Shown: piece by piece, positions 1-9,543 of the stretch
Position numbering within the stretch: the first letter of the stretch is position 1
Layout of the letters: every line of letters begins with the position of its first letter
NCBI GenBank assembly: GCA_043784385.1
Contig: JAYVYH010000136.1
Location: 1 to 55,613 of the forward strand
Origin: Caulobacteraceae bacterium
GTDB lineage: Bacteria; Pseudomonadota; Alphaproteobacteria; Caulobacterales; Caulobacteraceae
Length of the DNA: 55,613 bases
Direction of reading: 5' to 3'
Made by a program: the position numbers and the translations under genes
The notes under the pieces: model-generated
The model's database searches: none
Told to the model about the DNA's origin: nothing
The model's input: only the letters and a program-made list of their open reading frames with translations

Positions 1-695
1 ACTGAACCGGACCCGCGTACTTTCATGATTTGTAGTTTTCGCACGACGGAATTTCTTTCCACCTTCTGCGAAAGCCAAAACAGGCCATCGGCGATGGTGA
101 ACAGCGGGTTCCCGCGGGTTTCCTCCTCGCCAAATTCGCCCACCAGAAATGTCGTGGCTTCCCAACTGGTCAGAAACTGGGTGAGCTGCTGAATGAACGA
201 CTGCATCTCCATTTCACCAGCAGCGGTCTGCGTCTTCCGCATCACGGTGCGAAAAGAGTCCACCACCACGACGCCCGGACCGATTGCCGAGACCTGCTGG
301 ATAATTTCAGCAAGGACCGCGTCCAAATCCTGATGCAGCACTAGGTCGCTCAGATTTATGAAGCGGACCGCCTTGCCCAACTTGGATCCATCGAAGAAGG
401 AAAACTGTTGCTGGTAGCGCAACATTTTTATCGCGGGCTCACCGAGGACGGTGAAAAAGAGGGCGGGCCTTTCCTCTGTCGCATTGGCGAAAAGGATCTG
501 GTGCGCCATTGTGGTCTTGCCGGAACCGGGCATGCCGGCGATGACGTTGAACGAAAATTCTGGGATGCCGCCGCCCAGGATGTCATCGAGGCCGCGAACG
601 CCGGTCGGTAGTTTGCGGATCGAGACCTTCGCCCTTTGGCTTGCGGCATTGTTGGCCAGTTTGCGGTTAGCTGCGGCACTAGGTTTTTTTGCCAT
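1..695 (-). CDS. KaiC/RAD55-like RecA-superfamily ATPase (runs off the window's left edge)
   Basis: Manual translation from ATG 695: MAKKPS...KLPTGVRGLDDILGGGIPEFSFNVIAGMPGSGKTT (Walker A)...VVVVDSF (Walker B)...ADGLFWL...RKLQIMKVRG. Absent from the ORF track because there is no stop inside the window. Confidence 0.85.
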   Translation of the reverse strand, partial: MAKKPSAAANRKLANNAASQRAKVSIRKLPTGVRGLDDILGGGIPEFSFNVIAGMPGSGKTTMAHQILFANATEERPALFFTVLGEPAIKMLRYQQQFSFFDGSKLGKAVRFINLSDLVLHQDLDAVLAEIIQQVSAIGPGVVVVDSFRTVMRKTQTAAGEMEMQSFIQQLTQFLTSWEATTFLVGEFGEEETRGNPLFTIADGLFWLSQKVERNSVVRKLQIMKVRGSGS

Positions 696-696
696 T

Positions 697-1110
697 TCAA
701 TCTTTCTGGCCCGATTTCAAGTCATTGATGTCGCACAACAACCGAAATGTTAAATCTTCACCAATAAAAGTCACTAAAAGTCTAAGTAATTGTGCAAGCA
801 AAACGATCCCGCCATTAGCAATTTCTTCCGGGTTCGCTTGGACTTCTAGTTCGTTTAGACCTTCGAAAGACCCGTCCTTGCTGAATCGCAGATTGTGTAG
901 CCAAGCAACTTCAGCGCTGGCCAGCACAAGGGCGCGCGAAATCAGCGCACGAAAGCCAGCTGCGCCCATGAGCGCGCCAAAATGCGGACCCAATGTCCCT
1001 ATGGCGACAAAAGCCGATGTGGAGGTTGATTTGGATGACGCATTCCGGCTCATCTCATAAGCGATGAGACGCTGGGCGTGGGCCCGCAGCTTCGGTGCAA
1101 TTCGGTTCAT
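697..1110 (-). CDS. 137-aa hypothetical protein, operonic upstream partner of the KaiC-like ATPase
   Basis: ORF ends 1 nt before the ATPase start; mostly helical-looking, with GAAGFRALISRAL and LLVTFIGEDLT segments. Confidence 0.65.
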   Translation of the reverse strand: MNRIAPKLRAHAQRLIAYEMSRNASSKSTSTSAFVAIGTLGPHFGALMGAAGFRALISRALVLASAEVAWLHNLRFSKDGSFEGLNELEVQANPEEIANGGIVLLAQLLRLLVTFIGEDLTFRLLCDINDLKSGQKD

Positions 1111-1515
1111 TTAGAAACGCGCTTGAACGCGGCGCTCTTCGGACAAACTTGCGTGCCATCCACGAGGTCGGGGCATTGAGTGTCCAGCTGACTTCGTTGC
1201 CGCAGAGCGGTTGATCCAGAGCGAACCATTTCTGACGGTACACCAACATCAGGGCGCGAGCTACCAATCAATGGCGCTGTCTGAGGCAAACGGCGGGCTT
1301 CAGTCCGTCAGTGAATCCCGTTTATGAGTTCGTGGCCTATGGTGTTTGGCGGTTGAGCCGTATCGCCGGGATCGAGCGCCCACCGTCCGCTTGGGCAGAC
1401 TTCCCGTTGAGGGGAAGACAGCGCCATCAATGGCGTCAACAAAGCTTCTACTGGCCTCCTGGGGGATTGGACCGTGAAGCGGCGCAAAGAGCGCCTATCG
1501 GGTCAACCCAGCCGG

Positions 1516-2355
1516 CTATCGCTGTAATTCAATGACCTGTTCGCCGCGCTCGACGCGTTTGGCCTCGTCCCATAGCGCATCCATTTCGGCGAGGCTGGAG
1601 CGCTCGGGCGATGACCCCTTCGCCGCCAGTGCTCGCTCTACATAGCCGAAGCGGCGGGTGAACTTGGCGTTGGTCTCGCGCAGGGCGTCTTCCGGATCGA
1701 CGTCGAGTTCGCGGGCGATATTGGCGCAGACGAACAGCACGTCACCCAGTTCCTGGCGCGCCTTGTCGACATCCCCGGCCGCCACCTCCGCCTCAAGTTC
1801 CGCCACTTCCTCGCGGAGTTTCTCCAGCACCCCGTGGATCGACGGCCAGGCGAACCCTGCTCGGGCCGCGCGCCTGGAAAGTTTCGTGGCGCGGGTCAGG
1901 GCGGGGAGGGCGATGGCGACGTCATCCAGCAGGCCCGCCGGGGCCACGCCCTTGCCGGCGCGTTCGAGCGCCTTGATTTCCTCCCACGCTTCGGTCTGCT
2001 GCGCGGCGGTGCGGACCTTGGCGTCACCGAACACATGCGGATGTCGTCGGACCATCTTGCTGGCGATTCCCCGGGCCACGTCGTCGAAATCGAAAGCGCC
2101 GGCCTCCTTGGCCATCTGGGCGTGAAACACCACCTGCAGCAGCAGATCCCCCAGTTCCTCGGCTAGGTCGGTCATCGAGCCGCGCTGGATGGCGTCGGCC
2201 ACCTCATAGGCTTCCTCGACCGTGTAGGGCGCTATCGTCACGAAACTCTGTTCCAGGTCCCAGGCGCATCCGCCCGCCGGGTCGCGCAATCGGGCCATGA
2301 TGCGTAGCAGAGCGGCGATCGGAGCGTCGTTGGTTTCCGCCTGGATATCCATCAC
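1516..2355 (-). CDS. mazG: nucleoside triphosphate pyrophosphohydrolase MazG
   Basis: LRDPAGGCAWD...EEAYEVADAI...EELGDLLLQVVFH, plus a second ELGDVLF domain. Confidence 0.95.
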   Translation of the reverse strand: MMDIQAETNDAPIAALLRIMARLRDPAGGCAWDLEQSFVTIAPYTVEEAYEVADAIQRGSMTDLAEELGDLLLQVVFHAQMAKEAGAFDFDDVARGIASKMVRRHPHVFGDAKVRTAAQQTEAWEEIKALERAGKGVAPAGLLDDVAIALPALTRATKLSRRAARAGFAWPSIHGVLEKLREEVAELEAEVAAGDVDKARQELGDVLFVCANIARELDVDPEDALRETNAKFTRRFGYVERALAAKGSSPERSSLAEMDALWDEAKRVERGEQVIELQR

Positions 2356-3143
2356 TTGGGAACCATCGCCGTCTCGCTGTCGGCGGCGGCCGCCTCGGCC
2401 CGGTCACGCGCGCCCAGCAACCGCCAGCCGTTCGGATCGAGGATCTCCAATGGCGAGAAGCGGGACTTGTAGTCCATTTTGACGCTGCCACGCACCCAAT
2501 AGCCCAGATACAGATAGGGCAGCCCCAAATTGCCGGCCTGGATCGCGTGATCGAGAATCATGAAAGATCCGGGGCTGTCCCGCGAAAGACTTGGATCGAA
2601 GAAACTGTAGACCAGCGACAGCCCATCGGAGAGCCGGTCTACCAGGGTGCAGGCCATAAGCGTCCCTGGTCCGCCGTCGTCCGGCCGGGTGCGATATTCG
2701 ACCATGTGGGTCCGCACCGAGGTGTCTTCGACCATGGCGACGAAATCCGGCCAGGCCATTTCGGCCATGCCGCCGCCCGCGTGCCGGGAGGTCAGATAAC
2801 GGCGCAGAAGATCGAACTGCTCCCTGGTCGCCTCGGCCTCCACCAGATGGCGAACCAGGCCCCGGTTGCGCGCCAGCACCCGGCGTTCCGACCGGGAGAA
2901 CACATAGTCGGCGATCGGCAGGCGCGCGGAGACACAGGCCGAACAGCTCTCGCAGGCCGGGCGATAGGCGATGTTCTGGGACCGCCTGAAACCGCTCTTA
3001 GTCAGGGAATCGTGGACCAGCGGACCTTCGAGCATCGGCAGATGCGCGAACACCTTGCGCTCCTCGCGCCCCGGCAGGTAGGGGCACGGGGACGGCGCCG
3101 TCAGGAAGAACCGTAGCTGGCGGGTCGGTATATGCTGGGTCAC
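2352..3143 (-). CDS. bpt: arginyl-tRNA-protein transferase family / Asp-Glu leucyltransferase (N-degron pathway)
   Basis: PCPYLPGREERK, GFRRSQNIAYRPAC..C.AC, YLYLGYWV..S.KMDYK. Confidence 0.9.
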   Translation of the reverse strand: MTQHIPTRQLRFFLTAPSPCPYLPGREERKVFAHLPMLEGPLVHDSLTKSGFRRSQNIAYRPACESCSACVSARLPIADYVFSRSERRVLARNRGLVRHLVEAEATREQFDLLRRYLTSRHAGGGMAEMAWPDFVAMVEDTSVRTHMVEYRTRPDDGGPGTLMACTLVDRLSDGLSLVYSFFDPSLSRDSPGSFMILDHAIQAGNLGLPYLYLGYWVRGSVKMDYKSRFSPLEILDPNGWRLLGARDRAEAAAADSETAMVPK

Positions 3144-3267
3144 CTAAAGCCATCGTTGTGTGCTGCCAAATCACGTGGCCAGTGAGGGCGATTAGCGGTC
3201 ATGGCGGGGCTCGGCGCAAGATGGCCGGGCGGTGAATTTCGGGATTGTCGGTTTAAGGAGCATGGCG

Positions 3268-4122
3268 ATGAGGGTTGGGTTTGTGGGTATCGGGGTGATG
3301 GGGGCGCCCATGGCGGGGCATCTGGCCGCCGCCGGCCACGAAGTGGTGGTTTTCAACCGTTCCAAGGCTAAGGCGGAGGCCTGGGCGGCCTCCAATGCCG
3401 GTCGGGCCGTGGCGACGGTGGGCGAATCGGCCGCGGGTCGGGACCTACTGATTCTCTGTGTCGGCAATGACGACGACGTGCGCGGCGTGATCGCCGAGGC
3501 TCTGACCACCCTTCCGGCCGGCGCGATCATCGTCGATCACACCACCACCTCGGCCAAGGTCGCCGTACAAATGGCCGGTCTGGCCGCCGCCGCCGGCTCC
3601 GCTTTCCTCGACGCGCCGGTCTCGGGCGGTGAGGCCGGCGCCAAGGCCGGCAAGCTGTCGATCATGGTCGGCGGCGACGCTGGCGCCGTGGCGCGCGCCT
3701 CGGCGGTGATCGGCGCCTACGCCAAGGCGATCAAGCACATGGGCGGTTCCGGGACAGGACAGCTGACCAAGATGGTCAACCAGATCTGCATCGCCGGCGT
3801 CGTCCAGGGCCTGGCCGAAGCGGTCGCTTTCGCCGGCAAGGCCGGCCTCGACCCGACCCTGGTCTATGAAGCGGTGTCCCAGGGCGCCGCCCAGTCCTGG
3901 CAGATGGACAACCGCTGGGCGACTATGGCCAAGGGCGAATTCGAATTCGGTTTTGCCGTCGACTGGATGCGCAAGGACCTGGGCTTGGTGCTCGACGAAG
4001 CCCGCGCCAACGGCGCCCGCGTCGAAGTCACCGCCCTGGTCGACCAGTTCTACGCCGAGGTCCAGGCCATGGGCGGGCGGCGGTGGGACACCTCGAGCCT
4101 GGCGGCGCGGTTGAGCAAGTAG
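3268..4122 (+). CDS. 3-hydroxyisobutyrate dehydrogenase-family NAD(P)-dependent oxidoreductase
   Basis: VGFVGIGVMGAPMA Rossmann motif, FLDAPVSGG, catalytic K in TKMVNQ; AAGGAG RBS upstream. Confidence 0.9.
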   Translation: MRVGFVGIGVMGAPMAGHLAAAGHEVVVFNRSKAKAEAWAASNAGRAVATVGESAAGRDLLILCVGNDDDVRGVIAEALTTLPAGAIIVDHTTTSAKVAVQMAGLAAAAGSAFLDAPVSGGEAGAKAGKLSIMVGGDAGAVARASAVIGAYAKAIKHMGGSGTGQLTKMVNQICIAGVVQGLAEAVAFAGKAGLDPTLVYEAVSQGAAQSWQMDNRWATMAKGEFEFGFAVDWMRKDLGLVLDEARANGARVEVTALVDQFYAEVQAMGGRRWDTSSLAARLSK

Positions 4123-4222
4123 CTATCTCTCTGGACCGCGAATGTCCCCGTCCGCTGTTGTTTGCGGCGGACGAGGACGTCCTCTATTGAGATGTGGCTC
4201 GGAGGATTGCACATTGGGCAAG

Positions 4223-4453
4223 ATGGAAACCGACCTCGCCAAACTGGAAACGGCTCACGCGTTCATGCTGGAAGATGAGGATTTCGAGGACGACGGCGCG
4301 GAAGCCAAACGCCATTTGGCCGCCGGCCGGGCAATCTACTACACCGAGCCCAACACGCCGAAGGGACTCGTTGTCCGTGAGAGGCCCGATGGACGGAAAG
4401 ATTTGATCCAAGTGGACCCTGACGGGGCTTATCGCGTCGTCGGGCCGGCCTGA
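4223..4453 (+). CDS. small acidic protein, probable antitoxin-like partner of the downstream zeta-like kinase
   Basis: 76 aa (METDLAK...LAAGRAIYY...VRERPDGRKDLI); its TGA overlaps the start of the P-loop gene. Confidence 0.55.
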   Translation: METDLAKLETAHAFMLEDEDFEDDGAEAKRHLAAGRAIYYTEPNTPKGLVVRERPDGRKDLIQVDPDGAYRVVGPA

Positions 4454-5046
4454 CATCGATCGCATCAAGTTGGTCGCCCAGATTGCGGGTGATCGCCGGT
4501 CCCAATGGCGCCGGGAAGTCTTCCCTTGTGGGCGCGAGGCTGGCTCGCTTCATGCCGATCGTAAACCCGGACGATATCGCGCGTGAGATTGGGGGGACAG
4601 TCGGCCAATAGGCGCGGGCCGGCCGCCAAGCCCTTGGCGACAGACAGCGCTTGCTGCGTGCTGGGCACAGTTTCGGGATCGAGACGACGCTCAGTGGAGC
4701 GGGAGCCATCCGCTTCATGGCCGCCGGAAGGGCGGCCGGCTTCCGGCCGATGTTCATCTATATGGGTCTGGAGAGTTCTGGGCTTTCGCGCATGCGGGTT
4801 GTCGAGCGTGTCGAGAACGGCGGGCATCATGTGCCAGGCGTCGATATCATTCGCCGCTATCCCGCCAGCCTGGCCAATCTCGCGGTCGCCTTGGGCTTGG
4901 CCGAACGATCCTGGATGCTGGACAATAGCGCGTCCAGGCGACGTCTCCTCCTGATCTGGTATCAGGGGCGCAACCGATACCTGTCTACTGACCTGCCCGA
5001 CTGGGCGGTCGAGGCGATACCAGAGCATCTCAGGGCGTTCGGATAG
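4450..5046 (+). pseudogene. zeta-toxin-like P-loop kinase (COG4185-type) with in-frame TAG at 4609-4611
   Basis: IAGPNGAGKSS Walker A, VNPDDIA, then TAG; the same frame continues to SFGIETTLSG...RVVERVENGGHHVP...LDNS. Confidence 0.8.
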
Positions 5047-5078
5047 CGCTCAAAGGTGTTGAGCGTCGCCCACGACAC

Positions 5079-7754
5079 CTAACCCGTGGCGCCCGCCCCA
5101 TACCGTTGCAACACGAACTCCCACACTGCCCCGACCTTGGTGTTCCAAACATCTTCCGGGTAGGGGGCTTCGGGGAGTTCGTTCAGTTTCACTCGGATTT
5201 CTGATTGCACCTGTGCGCGGGTCTGCTGGCCCGATGTCCAATCCACAGCGTCGAGCAACTCGTGCAGCCGTCCCAGAAGCTCGCGCGCCACCTGCTTGAC
5301 CCCGCCCTCCTGGGCCTTCGTCAGTTTGGGTTCGGGGCGGGTCAGCAGATCGAAGATCGCCAGCTCTTCCTTGTTCAGTCCCTCGCGCGCCGCGCGCTTG
5401 TCCTCGTCGTCCAGGGTGGCGATGAACTATTTCAGGCGTTCGAAGAAGGTCTCCGCGTCGATCGAACCCGCGTTGTAGGCCGCGACCATCTCTTCCAGCT
5501 TTTCCACCAGATCGAGCCGGGTCGGATTGGCGTCGGCCATGAACCTGGCCTGGGTCTCGGCCACGCCGCGAAGCGTTTCGGCCGCGACCTTGTGCTTGCC
5601 GGCGAACAGGGTGGCGAGCTTTTCGAAATCGATGCCGGACAGGTCCACGCGCCCCTCCGGCCGGTCGCCCTCGACAATCGGCGTGAGAATCGCGACGCCC
5701 TCGATCTTCTCATCCAGCAGCGCGGATATCTTGGCGGAGATCTCCGAGATGTCGGCCGGTCCCAGCTTCGCCCGCACCGCCTCGGCCAGCACGTGCGTAA
5801 CCGCCACCGGTTTGAGAAACGGCGCGGCGCGTTCGTCGGGCGGCACGGCCTTGTAGGCCCTGACCACCGCGCCGGTCAGGCGCAGGAACTCCCGTCGCCG
5901 CTCGTCAGGGGCGATCAGCGCCTCGACCGCCCCGCCAATCAGCGCCAGCCGGCCAAACCCGGAAGCCTCGGCGATCGCCTTCGGGTCGACCTCGGCGCTC
6001 CTCAAAAATGCATCCGAAACGCGCAAGGCTTCGGCCAGCACCTCGACCAGCGCGCCCTTGTCCTTGATCGGGCTGTCGCCGCCGCCGCCGGTTTCGCCGC
6101 CGCTTCCCGCCCCGCCGGCGTAGATCGCCAGCGCCTTCTGCAGATTGTTGAACACCCCGATGTAGTCGACGATCACTCCTGCGGTCTTGCCCGGCGCGCG
6201 GCGGTTGGCCCGCGCGATGGTCTGCATCAGGGTGTGGTTCTTCATCGGCTTGTCGAGATAGACAGTGCCGATGGTCGGCACGTCGAAGCCGGTGATCCAC
6301 ATCGCGCACACGAACACCAGGCGGAATGGATCGTCGGGGTCCTTGAACTTGGCTTCCAGATCCCCGGACTGCATCCGCATCCGGTGCGGTTTGATATCGA
6401 GATCGATCTCGGCCAGGTCCGTGATCTCGTTCTGCGATTGGCTGACTACCACCGCCATGTCGAGCGATCGCATCCACTCCAGCCGCTCGAGCAGCGCCGC
6501 GCCTTCGGCCTCGCCGGCCGTCTTCAGCGCCTCGGCGTCGGCGACAATCAGGCGCTGGAACGCACGCCTGACCTTTTCGTGCATCCGCGCCGCGAAATGC
6601 CGCGCCAGATCCTCGGCGATCTTGTCCAGCCGGTCGTCACGGGTGATCAGTTGATACTGGCTGGCGAATTGCCGCTTGAGCCTCGCCTCCTGAGCCTCGT
6701 CCAGCGAGGCTTCGTCCAGCAAAGTGTAAAGCTCGTCGCGCAGTTCGTCGCCGCTCAGCTGAAGCTCAGGCTTGCGTGGCTCATAGTAGAGCGGCACCGT
6801 GGCCCCGTCGCTGACCGACTGGGCGAAGTCGTAGATCGACACATAGTCGCCGAACACCTCGCGGGTGCGGCTCTCCTGGCCTTTGATCAACGGCGTGCCG
6901 GTGAAGCCGATGGACGCCGCGTTGGGCAGGGCGGCGCGCATATTGGCCGCCAGCTGGTGATATTGGCTGCGGTGCGCCTCGTCGGTGATCACGATGATGT
7001 CCGACCGTTCGGACAGCACCGGCATGGCCTCCCGGTCGGCGGTTGAGAACTTGTGGATCAGGGTGAACACATACCGCTCGTTGCCGGCCAGCAGCTCGCG
7101 CAGATGCGCGCGGCTGTCGGCCCGAGCCTAGTTCACGCCCTTGGTCAGGGCGCCGACGGCGGCGAAGGTCGCTGCGATCTGATCGTCCAGCTCGGTCCGG
7201 TCGGTGACGATCACGAAGCTGAAGTTGCCGCCCTTTCGGCGCAGCACCTTCTCGGCGAACATCGCCATGGACAGGCTCTTGCCCGAACCCTGGGTGTGCC
7301 AGAACACCCCCAGCCGACCGCGATTGTCGGTGATGTGGTCCACCGCCTCGATGGCGCGATTGACCCCCAGCACCTGGTGATACTTGGCCACCACCTTGCG
7401 CAGCCCGCCGCGCGCCTCCTCGAACAGCAGGAAGTTCTCGATCAGATCGAGGAACCTGTGGACCTCGCGATTGGCGGCGATCGGCAGCATCGCCGACCGA
7501 TCGCGAGTCAGCTCGATCTCGGCGAGGTTCAAGGCCTCGGGCGGGTGCAGCGGGTTGAGCGACTTCAAGGCCGCGTACAGGCGAGCGGGCAGGTGGGTCT
7601 GTTTGAAGCTGGTCCGTCCCGTCGGGTTGGCGGGGCCGGGCGTTTCCTTCATCAGATTGAGGTGCGCCCAACCCAACTCGCCGAGCAGGGCCAGGGCGGG
7701 CTTCTCGACGCCGCCATCCTCGGACGCGATGTGACCGGTCAGGGATGGCGCCAT
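5079..7754 (-). pseudogene. hsdR: type I restriction endonuclease subunit R, internally deleted, with two in-frame TAGs (7128-7130, 5427-5429)
   Basis: Track ORFs 7128-7754, 5427-7070 and 5079-5291 share one frame. Motifs: WHTQGSGKS, IVTDRTELDDQ, DEAHRSQY, GFTGTP, MWITGFDVP, LMQTIARANR. The N-terminal nuclease region is missing after ANREVHRFL. Confidence 0.9.
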
Positions 7755-7756
7755 GT

Positions 7757-8182
7757 TCAGGCCGGCTGATCCCAGGGGTTGATCACCTCGACGCCACAGC
7801 CTTCGAAGTCGCTGACATTGCGCGTGGCGATCGGCGCCCCGCGCGACAGGGCGACGGCGGCGATCTGGGCGTCCGCGGTAGAAATCGGTCGACCCGCGCG
7901 ACGACGGCCGGAGGAGACGGTCGCGTAGGCAATCGCGGCGCGACTGTCGAAGGGCAGGATGCGGCCCGCGAAGTCCTCGCCCAATATGCCTTCGATCACC
8001 GCAGCCAGCGCGTCACGCCGCCGCCCATCCGGCAGCATCGCCACGCCGAACCGCAGTTCGGCTTCCGTCACCGCACAGAGGAAGACGTCCGGCTCGGGTT
8101 GTCTTGCCAACCAACGCCCCACCGCCGGGTCCGGGGTGAGCTTGATCATCTCGGAAACGACATTGGTGTCCAGCAGGACCAT
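7757..8182 (-). CDS. vapC: PIN-domain toxin, VapC/FitB family
   Basis: MVLLDTNVVSE...EAELRFG...ADAQIAA...ATRNVSDF; TGATG-coupled to the antitoxin. Confidence 0.95.
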   Translation of the reverse strand: MVLLDTNVVSEMIKLTPDPAVGRWLARQPEPDVFLCAVTEAELRFGVAMLPDGRRRDALAAVIEGILGEDFAGRILPFDSRAAIAYATVSSGRRRAGRPISTADAQIAAVALSRGAPIATRNVSDFEGCGVEVINPWDQPA

Positions 8183-8427
8183 CAGTCGAAAGTCGGTGGA
8201 TCGCGCATGGGCTCGCGAGGTGGAAGCTCGAGCTCGAAGCCGCCGTTCTCGGCGAGCCGGGCGCGGATCGCGTCATAGAGGTTTCCGGGCTCAACCGGTT
8301 CCGCACCCAGCGCGGCGCGCAGAATCATGCGCGCTTCCTCTTCCATGGAGCGGCCATGCACCGCCGCCTGGACGCGCAGGCGGGCCTTCAGGGGATCATC
8401 GAGTTTGCGAATGGTGAGACTAGCCAT
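8182..8427 (-). CDS. FitA-like ribbon-helix-helix antitoxin (copy 1)
   Basis: MASLTIRKLDDPLKARLRVQAAVHGRSMEEEARMIL. Confidence 0.92.
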   Translation of the reverse strand: MASLTIRKLDDPLKARLRVQAAVHGRSMEEEARMILRAALGAEPVEPGNLYDAIRARLAENGGFELELPPREPMRDPPTFD

Positions 8428-8442
8428 CCGGACAATCTACAC

Positions 8443-8474
8443 TGCATTGACCGCAATGTATGCATTGATTGCGG
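8443..8474. promoter_or_regulatory. probable FitA operator (copy 1)
   Basis: TGCATTGA twice (8443, 8461) and inverted repeat CCGCAAT-N10-ATTGCGG just upstream of fitA. Confidence 0.6.
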
Positions 8475-8484
8475 ACACGCGCTT

Positions 8485-8545
8485 GAGGCCGCTGCTTCCA
8501 GTTTGCGGGCCGCGGCAAGGCGGGAATTCGCGCCGCTCACCATCC
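8485..8545 (-). pseudogene. hsdS: degenerate hsdS 3'-end remnant
   Basis: Reads VSG...RKLEAAA; aligns with the 10608-10675 segment (LISGEL...RELEAAA*). Confidence 0.45.
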
Positions 8546-8834
8546 CGCACTGGCCGTGTATCAACCCTGTCATCCTGCCGAACCGACCCATGGCAGGTGC
8601 GGATTGCATTAAAACACGAAGGCTCTTGAACGTGGTGGTTACTCGACCAAACCACTGTTGTCGTTACAAAGGATAGGCGCGGCTGTTGCGTCGCAGTAAC
8701 GATCGTGCGTTCTTCGGCCAAGAGTATGGGAGGAGATTGTCGAGCACTCAAGGCCCCAAAACAGTCCGCAATCGGGTCGCATCGCACTCTAAAACCCTTG
8801 TTGTAGTTTTAACTTCAACACGAGGAAAAATTTG

Positions 8835-9230
8835 ATGAAAAAGGCAACGGCAACCATCGCGCTCCTAGCCTGAGGGTTGGCGCTAGCCGCCCCCGCATGG
8901 GCGCAGGAGTACCGGCAAGTAGGCCCGCCGCAAAGCTACGGACGGTTTCAACCGTCCTATACACCTAATTTTGGTATGTCGCAGACAACCCCGCAAACGG
9001 GCTACGGGTACCGCGCATTCAACCCGTATGCGCAAACAGCCGTACGGGGCGCCATGGTGGCAGGCGGTCGAGCAGCCTTCGATGCCATGGGCTATGGCCG
9101 AGCACGCGCCGTAATGCGTCTGGTTCGTCCCTCACCCTACGGCGCTGCGGCAATGATGTTGATGGCTCCAAACACGGCATATGCGCCCGCACCAGGTGAT
9201 CCCATCACGCGGCGCCCTCCTCGCTACTAG
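8835..9230 (+). pseudogene. small secreted protein with in-frame TGA (8871-8873) in its signal peptide
   Basis: GAGGA RBS, MKKATATIALLA*GLALAAPAWA|QEYRQ...; Tyr/Gly/Pro/Gln-rich mature part. Confidence 0.55.
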
Positions 9231-9335
9231 TCGAGGGGCGGCGCGTCGCGGATGGGCTCGCGTGGAGGAAGCTCCAGTTGGACGCCCCCCAAGGGGCGCG
9301 AACCGGGCTCGGATCGCGTCGTACAATTTGCCTGG
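9227..9335 (-). pseudogene. third fitA copy, 3' fragment, frameshifted
   Basis: PGKLYDAIRARFAPLGG / QLELPPREPIRDAPPLD* matches the C-termini of both intact FitA copies. Confidence 0.75.
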
Positions 9336-9344
9336 GCGGGGCGG

Positions 9345-9541
9345 TTAGCGATTCAGGGCGGCACGCAACCGCGCGGACAGGTGGGTCTGTCTGAAGCTGG
9401 TCCGGCCGGTCGTATTGGCCGGGCCGAGCGCTTCCGCCATCAGATTGAGATGCGCCAGCCCAATTCACCCAGCAGGGCCAGGGCGGGCTTCTCGACGCCG
9501 CCATCCTCCGACGCGATGTGACCGGTCAGGGATGGCGCCAT
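9345..9541 (-). pseudogene. hsdR: second hsdR 5' end (truncated, -1 frameshift)
   Basis: MAPSLTGHIASEDGGVEKPALALLGELGW identical to the N-terminus starting at 7754. Confidence 0.85.
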
Positions 9542-9543
9542 GC

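Larger units (their letters stand above)
7590..9543. repeat. diverged direct repeat pair: 7590-7756 and 9378-9543 (hsdR 5' end)
   Basis: AGCAGGGCCAGGGCGGGCTTCTCGACGCCGCCATCCTC and GACGCGATGTGACCGGTCAGGGATGGCGCCATG are present in both copies. Confidence 0.9.

Noticed and set aside
718-730. IHF-like CAAGTCATTGAT motif (similar at 11272-11283)
   Set aside because: Short, imperfect and inside reading frames; no integrase or att pair supports it.
5205-7046. 613-aa plus-strand ORF
   Set aside because: Antisense shadow of hsdR; typical of high-GC DNA and has no motifs.
8871-8873. Selenocysteine TGA
   Set aside because: It lies in a signal-peptide hydrophobic core with no redox motif, and no convincing SECIS was recognised.
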